This document shows, in pieces, positions 18,809 to 27,495 of a stretch of DNA of 32,000 nt. Both the position numbers and the translations under genes were made by a program. Source of the stretch: Promethearchaeum syntrophicum (GTDB lineage: Archaea > Asgardarchaeota > Lokiarchaeia > Sigyniarchaeales > Promethearchaeaceae); contig NZ_CP042905.2 of the NCBI RefSeq assembly GCF_008000775.2, forward strand, positions 30,001 to 62,000. The letters are read 5' to 3'. The notes below the pieces were generated by a model. That model did no database searches. It had not been told where the DNA came from and saw only the letters and a list, made by a program, of their open reading frames with translations. The stretch's first letter is position 1, and each line of letters starts with the position of its first letter.

Positions 18809-20128
18809 ATGAAAAAGGTATTACTATTTGGAGCGGGATTAGTAGCAGGTCCAACTGTTCAATATTTATTAGAACATGGATTTGACGTCACTAATGCAAG
18901 CCGAACTATTTCTAAAGCAGAAAAATTAATTGGAAATCACCCAAATGGTCATTCTATTCAATTTGATATTTCAAAAAATCCTGAAAAATTAGATGATCTA
19001 GTAAAAAAATGTGATATTGCAATTAGTCTTCTGCCTTATACTTTCCATGTTCAAATTGCGAAGAGTTGTATAAAAAATCGAAAACATATGGCTACAACAT
19101 CCTATGTTAGTGATGAGATGAAACTACTGGATGAAGAAGCTAAAAAAGCGGGAATTATCCTTTTAAACGAAATGGGTGTTGATCCCGGAATTGACCATAT
19201 GGCAGCTCAAGAAATAATTGATAAAGTGCATGAAAAGGGCGGAAAAATTGAAAGTTTTCGTTCTTTATGCGGAGGATTACCGGCTCCCGAAGCAAACACT
19301 AATCCTTTTGGATATAAATTATCATGGTCACCCCGTGGTGTTTTATTGGCAGGAAGAAATACAGCCGAATATCTTGAAGATGGAAAAAAAGTTGTTATTC
19401 CAGGTAAAGATTTATTTGACAATTATTTTCCATATATTGTAAATGGATTGGGAGATTTTGAAGCATATCCGAATCGGAATTCTAATCCTTATATTGAAAC
19501 ATATGGAATTCAGGAAACTAATTTCATATTACGAGGAACCTTGAGAAATATTGGATGGTGTTCAACATTAAAGAAAATTGCCGATATGGGTTTGATGGAT
19601 TTAGAAGAGCGCGAAATTGAAGAAGATACGAATTATTCAAATTACATGAAGAAATTCCTAAATTTACCGAATAAGCCAATACGGGAAGCAATTGCTGAAA
19701 AATTCAATATTACTGATAAAAAAATTATTGATCGCTTGGAATGGCTTGGGTTATTAGGAGATGAGAAAATCCCCTTTAAAAAAGGAAGTCCCCTTGACGC
19801 TTTGGACTACCTTTTCAATAAAAAATTACAATATGCACCCGGAGAACGAGATATGCTAATTTTGATCCATGAATTTATCGCAAGTTATTCTGATCATAAG
19901 GAAAAAATAACTGCAACTATGATTGATTATGGTATTCCTAATGGGGCTAGTTCAATGTCTCGTACGGTTGGACTTCCAATAGCTATTGGTGTTCGTATGA
20001 TTCTTGAAGGAGCGATAACTGAAACAGGTGTGCATATTCCAATAAAGAAGGGGATTTATACCCCAGTGTTAAAAGAATTAGCTGAAATGAATATTAAATT
20101 TGTGGAAACAATCGAAAAAATCGAATAA
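18809..20128 (+). CDS. Saccharopine dehydrogenase (L-glutamate-forming) / saccharopine reductase, LYS9/AASS-SDH-like
   Basis: 439 aa. Rossmann 'KVLLFGAGLVAGP'. The strings 'LLPYTFH', 'NEMGVDPGIDHM', 'SLCGGLPAPE..NPFGYKLSWSPRGVLLAGRN' closely track LYS9-type enzymes. Confidence 0.9.
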   Translation: MKKVLLFGAGLVAGPTVQYLLEHGFDVTNASRTISKAEKLIGNHPNGHSIQFDISKNPEKLDDLVKKCDIAISLLPYTFHVQIAKSCIKNRKHMATTSYVSDEMKLLDEEAKKAGIILLNEMGVDPGIDHMAAQEIIDKVHEKGGKIESFRSLCGGLPAPEANTNPFGYKLSWSPRGVLLAGRNTAEYLEDGKKVVIPGKDLFDNYFPYIVNGLGDFEAYPNRNSNPYIETYGIQETNFILRGTLRNIGWCSTLKKIADMGLMDLEEREIEEDTNYSNYMKKFLNLPNKPIREAIAEKFNITDKKIIDRLEWLGLLGDEKIPFKKGSPLDALDYLFNKKLQYAPGERDMLILIHEFIASYSDHKEKITATMIDYGIPNGASSMSRTVGLPIAIGVRMILEGAITETGVHIPIKKGIYTPVLKELAEMNIKFVETIEKIE

Positions 20129-20138
20129 TTTTTTTTTT
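20129..20138 (+). terminator. Oligo-T (T10) directly after the SDH stop
   Basis: The sequence reads 'taaTTTTTTTTTTag'. Confidence 0.5.
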
Positions 20139-20240
20139 AGTTATCGTGTCCAATTCTAACCGATAAATAGAAATGGTGAGATTTTTATATCATTCTCTTC
20201 CATATTTAGGCTTAAATAGGAATGATATTAAGTAATATAT

Positions 20241-20732
20241 ATGGAAAAGTTAAAAATTTTCAATTTTCTGTATGATTTTGAAGAGAATAAGAAAGTGAAC
20301 CTCTCCGAGGCACTCAAATTATTAGAAAAAACTCCTTTTCCAAAAGTTATTAATGAAAAGGAAATTTACGCGATTAACGATGATACATTCATTATGACTA
20401 AAAACTCTGATTCAGAAGACAACGCAGTCGGTTTTATGAAAAAAAATGGAGAAATCATTCAATTCCTTAGACTTTTTGAGGATGAATGGGAAATTGATAT
20501 TCCTATTCAAAATTTACAAACTAAAAGCTGGACCGGAGAAACTTATTTGTTTGATGGGCTTTCAATCTATGATGTGAAAAAAATTGTAAGGGTATTTTTT
20601 AGAGATGCAGATTTAATTAGTTCAATCGTAGAAAATTTTGAAGCAAGAGACAATTATAATGAGGATGATGATAAATTTAAATTAGAAATGGATGTAAAAT
20701 TTAAGAAATGGGTAAATCAAAGATCTAATTAA
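20241..20732 (+). CDS. Hypothetical protein (163 aa, acidic, no recognised domain)
   Basis: Clean ATG ORF in an otherwise non-coding gap, followed by a T12 run at 20747-20758. Confidence 0.55.
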   Translation: MEKLKIFNFLYDFEENKKVNLSEALKLLEKTPFPKVINEKEIYAINDDTFIMTKNSDSEDNAVGFMKKNGEIIQFLRLFEDEWEIDIPIQNLQTKSWTGETYLFDGLSIYDVKKIVRVFFRDADLISSIVENFEARDNYNEDDDKFKLEMDVKFKKWVNQRSN

Positions 20733-20877
20733 GTCTAAATTTCTTCTTTTTTTTTTTTATCTACAGTAAGGAAAATTTTTCCCCTCTTTTTGTTCATTAA
20801 ATCTAATAATTATGCCAAGAACTGGACGTGATTTCATTTATATTATTTTAAATTAAATAAAAATCAAGATTAACTTT

Positions 20878-21480
20878 TTGAAGGTGAACACGATAAGTAT
20901 TGAAAATATATCAGATCCGAATTTTGATCAAGCTAAATATGAAAAAAAATTACAAGACTCACGATCAGCAGTTGTGGGTACATTAACAGGACTTGCAATC
21001 GTAACAATTGTAATGGTTGCTGTTGGGCATGGAGCATGGTGGAGTATCATTCCAATTCTTGCTGTTGGTTATGGATTTATAGATCAAGTAGTCGAGTATC
21101 GATTACGTAAACGATATGCTTCTAAAAAAGAAATTGATGCTATAAAAGCACCAATGGGTGCTTGGTTTGGTTTTATTTTAGTCTCATTTATTATGACTTC
21201 TATTTTTGGAAGTTTCTTTTATTGGATTGCTTTAATTGTAGAGGTTGCAGTATTTTCTGGTGGTGTTTATACAACCATGGATTATGTTAATGCAAAAAAA
21301 CGTAATTTTCAAAAGAGAGGGGAACAAACAGAATCTGCTGATACTGGATCTTATCAAGAACAATTAAGTCCAGAACCTAATATTGTAAAATCTAATGTAC
21401 ATGAACTCTTTTGTGCTACTTGTGGTAATTCAATTTCAAGTAGTTCTGAATATTGTCCATCTTGTGGAGATCACATTTAA
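20878..21480 (+). CDS. Hypothetical 4-TM membrane protein with a C-terminal zinc ribbon
   Basis: Four hydrophobic segments. The C-terminus is 'CATCGNSISSSSEYCPSCGDHI' (CxxC...CxxC). The start is uncertain (TTG 20878 or GTG 20884). A T15 run at 21486-21500 follows. Confidence 0.55.
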   Translation: MKVNTISIENISDPNFDQAKYEKKLQDSRSAVVGTLTGLAIVTIVMVAVGHGAWWSIIPILAVGYGFIDQVVEYRLRKRYASKKEIDAIKAPMGAWFGFILVSFIMTSIFGSFFYWIALIVEVAVFSGGVYTTMDYVNAKKRNFQKRGEQTESADTGSYQEQLSPEPNIVKSNVHELFCATCGNSISSSSEYCPSCGDHI

Positions 21481-21485
21481 TTAAA

Positions 21486-21500
21486 TTTTTTTTTTTTTTT
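21486..21500 (+). terminator. Oligo-T (T15)
   Basis: Runs from 6 nt after the stop at 21480. Confidence 0.5.
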
Positions 21501-21526
21501 CGGATTGTTTTGGTTTATTTTTTTAA

Positions 21527-21715
21527 TTAACAGAAGGTAGTTGGTTCTAAATCTTTTAGGCGATAGACGATAACTTCTTTTAGAACAATTTCGTAAATTT
21601 CAATTTGTTTAAGCCTATTGAGTAGATATTCACGTTGTTCATTCTCGTTCATAATTATTAGATTCAAACAGAGTTCAGAAAGGAGAACACGGACTGCAGA
21701 GGTCTTATCCATCAT
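21527..21715 (-). CDS. Small hypothetical protein (62 aa)
   Basis: ATG-ATG start, divergent from rlmN. There is no recognisable motif and no T-run downstream, so support is weak. Confidence 0.25.
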   Translation of the reverse strand: MMDKTSAVRVLLSELCLNLIIMNENEQREYLLNRLKQIEIYEIVLKEVIVYRLKDLEPTTFC

Positions 21716-21822
21716 CTAGGTTGACTGAAAAACGGGGGAAAAACTCCAATTTTCAGATGACAATCAACAATTCGGGCTAAAAAATCTTTTTTATTAGCGA
21801 AGAAGAGCTATTAAAGGTAGCA

Positions 21823-22857
21823 ATGAAAGAAAATATCTTATCGTTCACCCGTGATGAATTAAAATCCAGGTTCAAACAAATCTATAATCTCCCTTCCTAT
21901 CGGACAGAACAAGTATTCGGCTGGTTATACAAAGATATTTCTACTTTCGATGAAATGCTAAATGTTCCGAAAAAATTGCGGGAGAATCTTACTCAAGATT
22001 TTTTTATTGGGCAAATGTCGGTTTTTCAATCTCACCGATCTCATGATGGAACAGAAAAATACTTATTAAAATGTGTTCAAGATGATAATGTTATTGAAGC
22101 AGTCAAAATGGAATATTATCATGGAATTTCAGCCTGTATATCCACCCAAGTTGGGTGTGAAATGGGATGTGTTTTTTGTGCTTCTGGGAGGGATGGATTG
22201 GTGCGAAATCTCTCTGCGGGGGAAATGATAGGTCAAATATTAGCAATTCAAAAGCATGCAAAAATTAGAATTTCCAATATTGTGTTAATGGGAGCTGGGG
22301 AACCTCTCCAAAATTTTGAAGAAGTGATGAAATTTTTAGAGCTGGTACATGACCCTCAAGGATTGAATGTGGGGTATCGACACATTACCATTTCTACTTG
22401 TGGTTTAGTACCTGAAATCTATAAACTCGCGGAATTAAACCTCCCCATTACTTTAGCAATTTCATTGCATTCTCCTTCAGATACGGAACGTTCTCGTATC
22501 ATGCCGATAAATAAAAAATATCCTCTCAAGGATTTGATTTATGCCTGTTTGGCTTACATCAAGAAAACAAAGCGAAGAATTACTTTTGAATATGCGTTGA
22601 TCAAAGGAAAGAATGATTCTATTGCGGATGCAGAAGCGCTAATTAAATTAATAAAACCTGTTTTTGCCCATGTAAATTTAATCCCTATCAACACTACGGA
22701 TACTAAACTTCGGGCTCCGGATTTACAATGGGTTGAAAAATTCAATGAGTATTTAAATTCTCATGGGCAAAATGCGACCATTCGAAGAAATTTGGGTTCA
22801 GATATTAATGCTGCGTGCGGACAGCTTCGATGGCAATATTTGAAGAAGTCTGAATGA
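21823..22857 (+). CDS. rlmN: RlmN/Cfr-family radical SAM RNA (adenine-C2/C8) methyltransferase
   Basis: 344 aa. 'QVGCEMGCVFCASG' (CxxxCxxC, about 22153-22188). Also 'MGAGEPLQN', 'ISTCGLVP', 'LAISLHSP', 'NLIPIN', and the C-terminal catalytic Cys in 'GSDINAACGQL'. Confidence 0.88.
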   Translation: MKENILSFTRDELKSRFKQIYNLPSYRTEQVFGWLYKDISTFDEMLNVPKKLRENLTQDFFIGQMSVFQSHRSHDGTEKYLLKCVQDDNVIEAVKMEYYHGISACISTQVGCEMGCVFCASGRDGLVRNLSAGEMIGQILAIQKHAKIRISNIVLMGAGEPLQNFEEVMKFLELVHDPQGLNVGYRHITISTCGLVPEIYKLAELNLPITLAISLHSPSDTERSRIMPINKKYPLKDLIYACLAYIKKTKRRITFEYALIKGKNDSIADAEALIKLIKPVFAHVNLIPINTTDTKLRAPDLQWVEKFNEYLNSHGQNATIRRNLGSDINAACGQLRWQYLKKSE

Positions 22858-22997
22858 TAAAAAAAACCCTCGATCTTTTTTTACATTTCTAGAATATTAT
22901 ATCTTACTTATTCCGTTACCCCTTTCGTTGTTTAAAATTCCTTCTAATATAAGCACCTTTTTTTTCTCTCTTTTCTTCTTCCATAGTGTGAATTAAA

Positions 22998-23663
22998 TTG
23001 AAATACGATTCAATTTTTGATGTTGTCGGACGCATTATGGTTGGACCCAGTTCATCTCATACTGCAGGAGCTTGTAGAATTGGATATTTAGCGAACATTC
23101 TATTAGGTCAAATTCCAGATAAAGCTAAAATTTCATTACATGGGTCATTTGCTGAAACATACAGAGGGCATAAAACAGATATCGCCTTAATAGGAGGGTT
23201 ACTTGGTTTTCCACCTGAAGATGCTAGGATTCCAGATAGTTTTAAAATTGCGGATAAAAAAGGGATGAAATATAGCTTTACTGAGATAGATCTTGGATCA
23301 GATTATCACCCAAATAGTGTATTACTGGAGTTAGAAGGAAAAAACGAAAAATTATCTATCATTGGATGTTCCATAGGGGGAGGAAACATCGTAATTAAAG
23401 AAATAAATGGGTTAGAAGCGGGTTTTGATGGAGATTCCCCAACTATCATTGAAATTCACAAAGACATTCGTGGTATAGTCGCAAACATTACTAGTGCAAT
23501 TGCAATGCACGGGTTACAAATTCTGGAAATGCATCTTAGTAGAAATATAAGGAAAGGAATTGCCTTAAGTTGGATTGAATGTTCTGCTCCAATTTCTAAT
23601 GAATTAATCGAATCCTTACAAAATATACCAGAAATGATAAATGTGAGGTGTTTAAATGTATAA
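22998..23663 (+). CDS. sdaAB: L-serine dehydratase, Fe-S dependent, beta subunit
   Basis: 221 aa. The TTG start gives 'MKYDSIFDVVGRIMVGPSSSHTAGACRIG', collinear with known SdaAB N-termini. The C-terminal region is ACT-like. Confidence 0.9.
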   Translation: MKYDSIFDVVGRIMVGPSSSHTAGACRIGYLANILLGQIPDKAKISLHGSFAETYRGHKTDIALIGGLLGFPPEDARIPDSFKIADKKGMKYSFTEIDLGSDYHPNSVLLELEGKNEKLSIIGCSIGGGNIVIKEINGLEAGFDGDSPTIIEIHKDIRGIVANITSAIAMHGLQILEMHLSRNIRKGIALSWIECSAPISNELIESLQNIPEMINVRCLNV

Positions 23664-24519
23664 AAATTTAAAAGAATTCACAAGCGACGCTCAAGAGAAA
23701 AAATTAGTCCTTCATGAGGCAGTAATAAAAGAAGAGTGTCTTAGTACTGATAAAACACGAGAATATGTTTTAAACCGCGCGAAAAAATCCTTGGATGCGA
23801 TGTTAAATTCTTTGGAAAAAGGAAATACCCTTGACATCAATTTACCGATTAAAGAAGTTATTGAACAATCCCAACTTATGATGAAAACTCCAACTTTCTT
23901 AAGTAAAGATTTGAAAGAGGCAGTTTATTGGGCCATGTCAATTGTTGAATATAGTAATGGAATGGGTATTATCTGTGCCGCGCCTACTGCAGGATCATCT
24001 GGTGTATTTCCAGCAGTTCTATTTAAAGCTCAACAGATGTTGGGTAAAACAGAAGAAGATGTATTGAATGCATTTCTTGTTGGCTCAATGATAGGAGCTA
24101 TTATTGGAAATAATGCTACCCTATCCGGTAGTGAAGGAGGATGTCAAGCAGAAGTTGGTGTCGCATCAGCCATGGCTGCTTCTGCAATCACTTATTTAGC
24201 AGGAGGAACCCCCTCTCAAGTTGAACATTCTGTTGCTCTTTCTTTGAAGAATTTATTAGGTTTAATCTGTGATCCCGTAGCGGGATTAGTAATTTCTCCT
24301 TGCATAAAACGAAATGCGATCGGAGTAATGAATGCTTTCCTGGCTGCTGAAATGGCATTGTCAGGAGTAACTTCCATCATCCCAGCAGACGAAGTGATTG
24401 AAGCAATGATGAAAGTTGGTTTATCACTTCCACGTAATTTAAAAGAAACAGGCACTGGAGGAATAGCAGACACTCCAACAGGCCGCAGAATAAAAGAGGA
24501 AATTTTTGGCAAGGAATAA
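23656..24519 (+). CDS. sdaAA: L-serine dehydratase, Fe-S dependent, alpha subunit
   Basis: 287 aa. 'GIICAAPTAGSSGVFPAVL', 'SEGGCQAEVG', 'LICDPVAGLV'. SD 'GAGGTG' upstream. Overlaps sdaAB by 8 nt. Confidence 0.9.
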   Translation: MYKNLKEFTSDAQEKKLVLHEAVIKEECLSTDKTREYVLNRAKKSLDAMLNSLEKGNTLDINLPIKEVIEQSQLMMKTPTFLSKDLKEAVYWAMSIVEYSNGMGIICAAPTAGSSGVFPAVLFKAQQMLGKTEEDVLNAFLVGSMIGAIIGNNATLSGSEGGCQAEVGVASAMAASAITYLAGGTPSQVEHSVALSLKNLLGLICDPVAGLVISPCIKRNAIGVMNAFLAAEMALSGVTSIIPADEVIEAMMKVGLSLPRNLKETGTGGIADTPTGRRIKEEIFGKE

Positions 24520-24534
24520 TTTTTTAACGTATTT

Positions 24535-25371
24535 TTACTTTTTCAAAGGAATATTTAAGATCTCTCGTGCTTCATTGGGGGTTGCGATAGGTCTTCCTAA
24601 GTCCTTGGCAATTCTTACTGCTTTTTGCACTAATTCACCATTTGATTTCGCTAAAACTCCTTTTTCTAGATATAAATTATCTTCAAACCCTACTCGAACA
24701 TGTCCCCCCATAATAATCGATACCGCAGCCATGCTCATTTGATGACGCCCCATTCCACTCACAGTAAACGTACTTCCTTGGGGTAAACTCTCCACCATGA
24801 AAGTTAAATCTCTGGGACTGGCACTAATACCTCCATTAACACCCATTACAATGTTGAAATGCATCGGAGATAAAATATTGCCTTTTTTATTCTGACGAAT
24901 AGCCGTATCGATCATCCCTTTATCAAAAACTTCACATTCCGGTTTGATTCCTAGTTCTTTCATCTTCTGGGCAAATTCGATAATGGTATTTTCCGTGTTC
25001 ACAAACACTTCATCGCCACCAAAATTACACGTGCCACAATCTAATGTCGCCATCTCAGGAATTAATTCTATCGGCTGCAATCTTTCTTCATTACTCATCC
25101 CAACCGCTCCACCTGTAGAAGGTTGAATTATTACATCGGGGCATCGATTCTTTATTGCTTCAATACATTCCTTAAAGCGATCTATACTTTGAGTTGGAGT
25201 CCCATCATCTTCACGAACATGAAGGTGGATAACACTTGCTCCCGCTTTATAGGCACTTTCAGCTTCCCGTGCGATCTCCTCTATTGTATATGGAACATTA
25301 GGATTTTGGTTTTTGGTAACTTCTGCTCCACTAATTGCAGCGGTGATAATTAGTTTCTCCATTTGAATCAT
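24535..25371 (-). CDS. kce: 3-keto-5-aminohexanoate cleavage enzyme (BKACE/DUF849)
   Basis: 278 aa. '[51 protein letters not shown]'. The ATG overlaps the kal TGA (ATGA at 25371-25368). Confidence 0.88.
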   Translation of the reverse strand: MIQMEKLIITAAISGAEVTKNQNPNVPYTIEEIAREAESAYKAGASVIHLHVREDDGTPTQSIDRFKECIEAIKNRCPDVIIQPSTGGAVGMSNEERLQPIELIPEMATLDCGTCNFGGDEVFVNTENTIIEFAQKMKELGIKPECEVFDKGMIDTAIRQNKKGNILSPMHFNIVMGVNGGISASPRDLTFMVESLPQGSTFTVSGMGRHQMSMAAVSIIMGGHVRVGFEDNLYLEKGVLAKSNGELVQKAVRIAKDLGRPIATPNEAREILNIPLKK

Positions 25372-25751
25372 TTTTTTCGCTGTTTTTCTTTAGGAACAAC
25401 ACAGGTGCCTGTGGCTTTACAAACAATTATTGGAGTTTCTAAGAAATCACATGCAGAATCATTAATTTCTGGCCTGGGAACAATAACTTTTCTCGCCTCA
25501 AACACAATTTCCCTTGATGAATTTCCAACTTTGACTATTTCTCCCTCAGCTTCGATGTAATCCCCTGCATATACCGGGGCTAAAAACTCAACATTACTAT
25601 AAGCGCGAAATAATCCTTCATCTCCATCGTGTTTGATGAGCAATTCGGTTGCAACATCCCCAAACAATTCCAACATCTTCGCACCATCAACAAGATTCCC
25701 CCCATAATGGGCGTCATGCATACTCATCCTTATTCTGATTAATGATTTCAT
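25368..25751 (-). CDS. kal: 3-aminobutyryl-CoA ammonia-lyase (hotdog fold)
   Basis: 127 aa from the ATG at 25751: '[38 protein letters not shown]'. Coupled to kce. The 41-codon upstream extension in the track (to 25874) is hydrophobic low-complexity and is judged spurious. Confidence 0.8.
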   Translation of the reverse strand: MKSLIRIRMSMHDAHYGGNLVDGAKMLELFGDVATELLIKHDGDEGLFRAYSNVEFLAPVYAGDYIEAEGEIVKVGNSSREIVFEARKVIVPRPEINDSACDFLETPIIVCKATGTCVVPKEKQRKK

Positions 25752-25802
25752 GATTTTCGACTCAAATAATAATATTGTCTGTAAATAAAAAATTTTACTG
25801 AA
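25744..25802 (-). repeat. Direct repeat copy 1: kal start codon + 5' region/promoter (TATA-like 'TTTTTTATTTA')
   Basis: 56/59 nt identical to 27316-27374. Confidence 0.85.
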
Positions 25803-25892
25803 CAAGATAATGAATATAAATATACATAATTTAAAATAGCAGAAATGGTAAAAAAAAATGAAAAATTGACCCAATTATTAAAAAAAAAGAAA

Positions 25893-25914
25893 CGCGGTGG
25901 GAGGAACGCGAACC
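25893..25914 (-). pseudogene. Displaced 3' fragment of tRNA-Ser (acceptor 3' strand + half of T arm)
   Basis: 'cgcggtgggaggaacgcgaacc' compared with the intact gene 28088-28109 'cgcggtgggagggacttgaacc', with 3 mismatches and the same orientation. About 70 bp of flank (25820-25892) also resembles 28020-28087. Confidence 0.7.
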
Positions 25915-26041
25915 TTTTGGGCGGACAAAATTGGATAAACGGTTTTGGGGAATTTGAAACTTTTGGGTGGACATAGAAACTTTCCAAATTTTAATTCCTA
26001 CTGAGGTGATACATAGTTTTAATTGGGATGAAATTGATTTG

Positions 26042-26054
26042 AAAAAAAAAAAAA
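26042..26054 (-). terminator. Oligo-T (T13) downstream of the 363-aa membrane protein gene
   Basis: An A13 run on the plus strand, 27 nt past the stop at 26082. Confidence 0.5.
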
Positions 26055-26081
26055 TTTTTATTTCATAGCACTCAATAATTT

Positions 26082-27173
26082 CTACTTCTTAATATATTTT
26101 TTTTTAAGGATTAAATATCCAATACTAAAACTCGCACAAATAGTTCCAAATGAAGACATTAAAATAATAAACCATGTTGATTGCAAGATACCACGATTAT
26201 TAACATCTTCTATTCCAACAATTATATCAACCCCAACATAAGTTGAATCAAATTTTACACCAAAGGAATGTGTTAGACGATCATATTCATAAGAACATAA
26301 AGAAGGATCTAAATCAAATCGATATTCTCCGTAATAAGTAAATGATTCATTACTATATAAAAAACCTGAATAAAAAAGATCAGAGAATCCAGAATTATTT
26401 AGTGAAGGATATGATTGTCCAGTTCCTCCCAACATGATATCAGATTCTATTATTGGGATTGTAATCTCATTGTCACTGATATTGGCTAATGAAGTTTGAT
26501 AAAATCCATATACTATAAAAGCTGAAATATTTGGCCAAAAAAGCATTGTCTGAATTTTCTGCTCAACTGTATCTGTAATAATGGTCAGGTTAAATTGAAT
26601 CCTATTCGGATTTTCTGTAATATAATCAAAATCATCTTCATTATCTGAAGGAGAAATTATATTTATATCTTGTGAGAAGCGAAACATTATATCATTTTGA
26701 ATTTTTAATCTAGTGAGAGGAATCGAATTATTCACTATCCAATTCTCTTCTATTTGGAAAAACTCCCCTGTTTTATTTACTGGGATATCATAACCAAAGA
26801 TTTTTACATTAAAATCGTGATTATTTCCCCAAAAGATAGAAAAATCCATTGAAAAATCATGCTCAATATAAAAATCAACTGAGATATTAAATTTAAATGT
26901 AATATTGTAAATATTTTTTTCAATAGTATCAAGAATTTTAGTATGAGTTACTAAAATAGAGCGATCTACATCAAAACCTTCAAGGATAATATTGATTCCA
27001 TCTATTCCGAGTTTATTTTCGAATATTATCTCTGAATTATCAACATTCGAATTCGATTGTGTTATTTCTTGTCTATAGGCTGTAATAAAGACATTATTGC
27101 AAGCAATAAATAATATTCCTAAATTAATTAAAATAATTATAGAAATACTTATGATTTTAGTTGTTTTTTTCAT
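26082..27173 (-). CDS. Hypothetical exported protein with an N-terminal signal/lipobox-like sequence and a C-terminal TM anchor
   Basis: 363 aa. N-terminus 'MKKTTKIISISIIILINLGILFIAC'. C-terminus 'WFIILMSSFGTICASFSIGYLILKKKYIKK'. The body is Asn/Ile-rich with no recognised domain. Confidence 0.6.
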   Translation of the reverse strand: MKKTTKIISISIIILINLGILFIACNNVFITAYRQEITQSNSNVDNSEIIFENKLGIDGINIILEGFDVDRSILVTHTKILDTIEKNIYNITFKFNISVDFYIEHDFSMDFSIFWGNNHDFNVKIFGYDIPVNKTGEFFQIEENWIVNNSIPLTRLKIQNDIMFRFSQDINIISPSDNEDDFDYITENPNRIQFNLTIITDTVEQKIQTMLFWPNISAFIVYGFYQTSLANISDNEITIPIIESDIMLGGTGQSYPSLNNSGFSDLFYSGFLYSNESFTYYGEYRFDLDPSLCSYEYDRLTHSFGVKFDSTYVGVDIIVGIEDVNNRGILQSTWFIILMSSFGTICASFSIGYLILKKKYIKK

Positions 27174-27315
27174 TTTGTATCTTCAATATTATAATAGAGA
27201 ATTTCTTTAAAATAAATTTCTTAAATATCTTAATTAACAAATATTATGAGAAAATGGAATAAGATTATCAATTTATATAAGTAAATTTTAAAATAGCGTA
27301 AATTGTAAAAAACAC

Positions 27316-27374
27316 GATTTCATGTTTTTTGACTCAAATAATAATATGGTCTGTAAATAAAAAATTTTACTGAA
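27316..27374 (-). repeat. Direct repeat copy 2 (kal promoter + 'ATGAAATC'), ~145 nt upstream of the membrane protein gene
   Basis: 56/59 identity with 25744-25802. It is fused on its downstream (minus-sense) side to 27288-27317, a sequence related to 25831-25860 and 28037-28061. Confidence 0.85.
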
Positions 27375-27495
27375 TTGATGGTTGAAAAATATCTGAAGTT
27401 TATCACCTTCAAAGACTTCTAAAAAAATCAATTAAAAATATGGTTCTCTATGGGAATCGACTTCAAATCCTACCGAATCGAAAAAAATTTTGCAC

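Noticed and set aside
24216-24742. ORFs 24216-24512(-) and 24506-24742(+).
   Set aside because: They are antisense to sdaAA and kce respectively. Both of those have strong family motifs, and the antisense ORFs have no independent support.
25752-25987. The N-terminal extension of kal to 25874, and the 79-aa ORF at 25748-25987(-).
   Set aside because: Both are Phe/Ile-rich low-complexity translations of AT-rich promoter sequence. The kal homology starts at the ATG at 25751. The region also holds the tRNA fragment and repeat cassettes.
27440-27480. A 'TTCAAAT'-containing segment ('gggaatcgacttcaaatcctaccgaatcg') that looked like a tRNA T-arm.
   Set aside because: The flanking bases do not form a T stem or acceptor stem, and no cloverleaf can be drawn.
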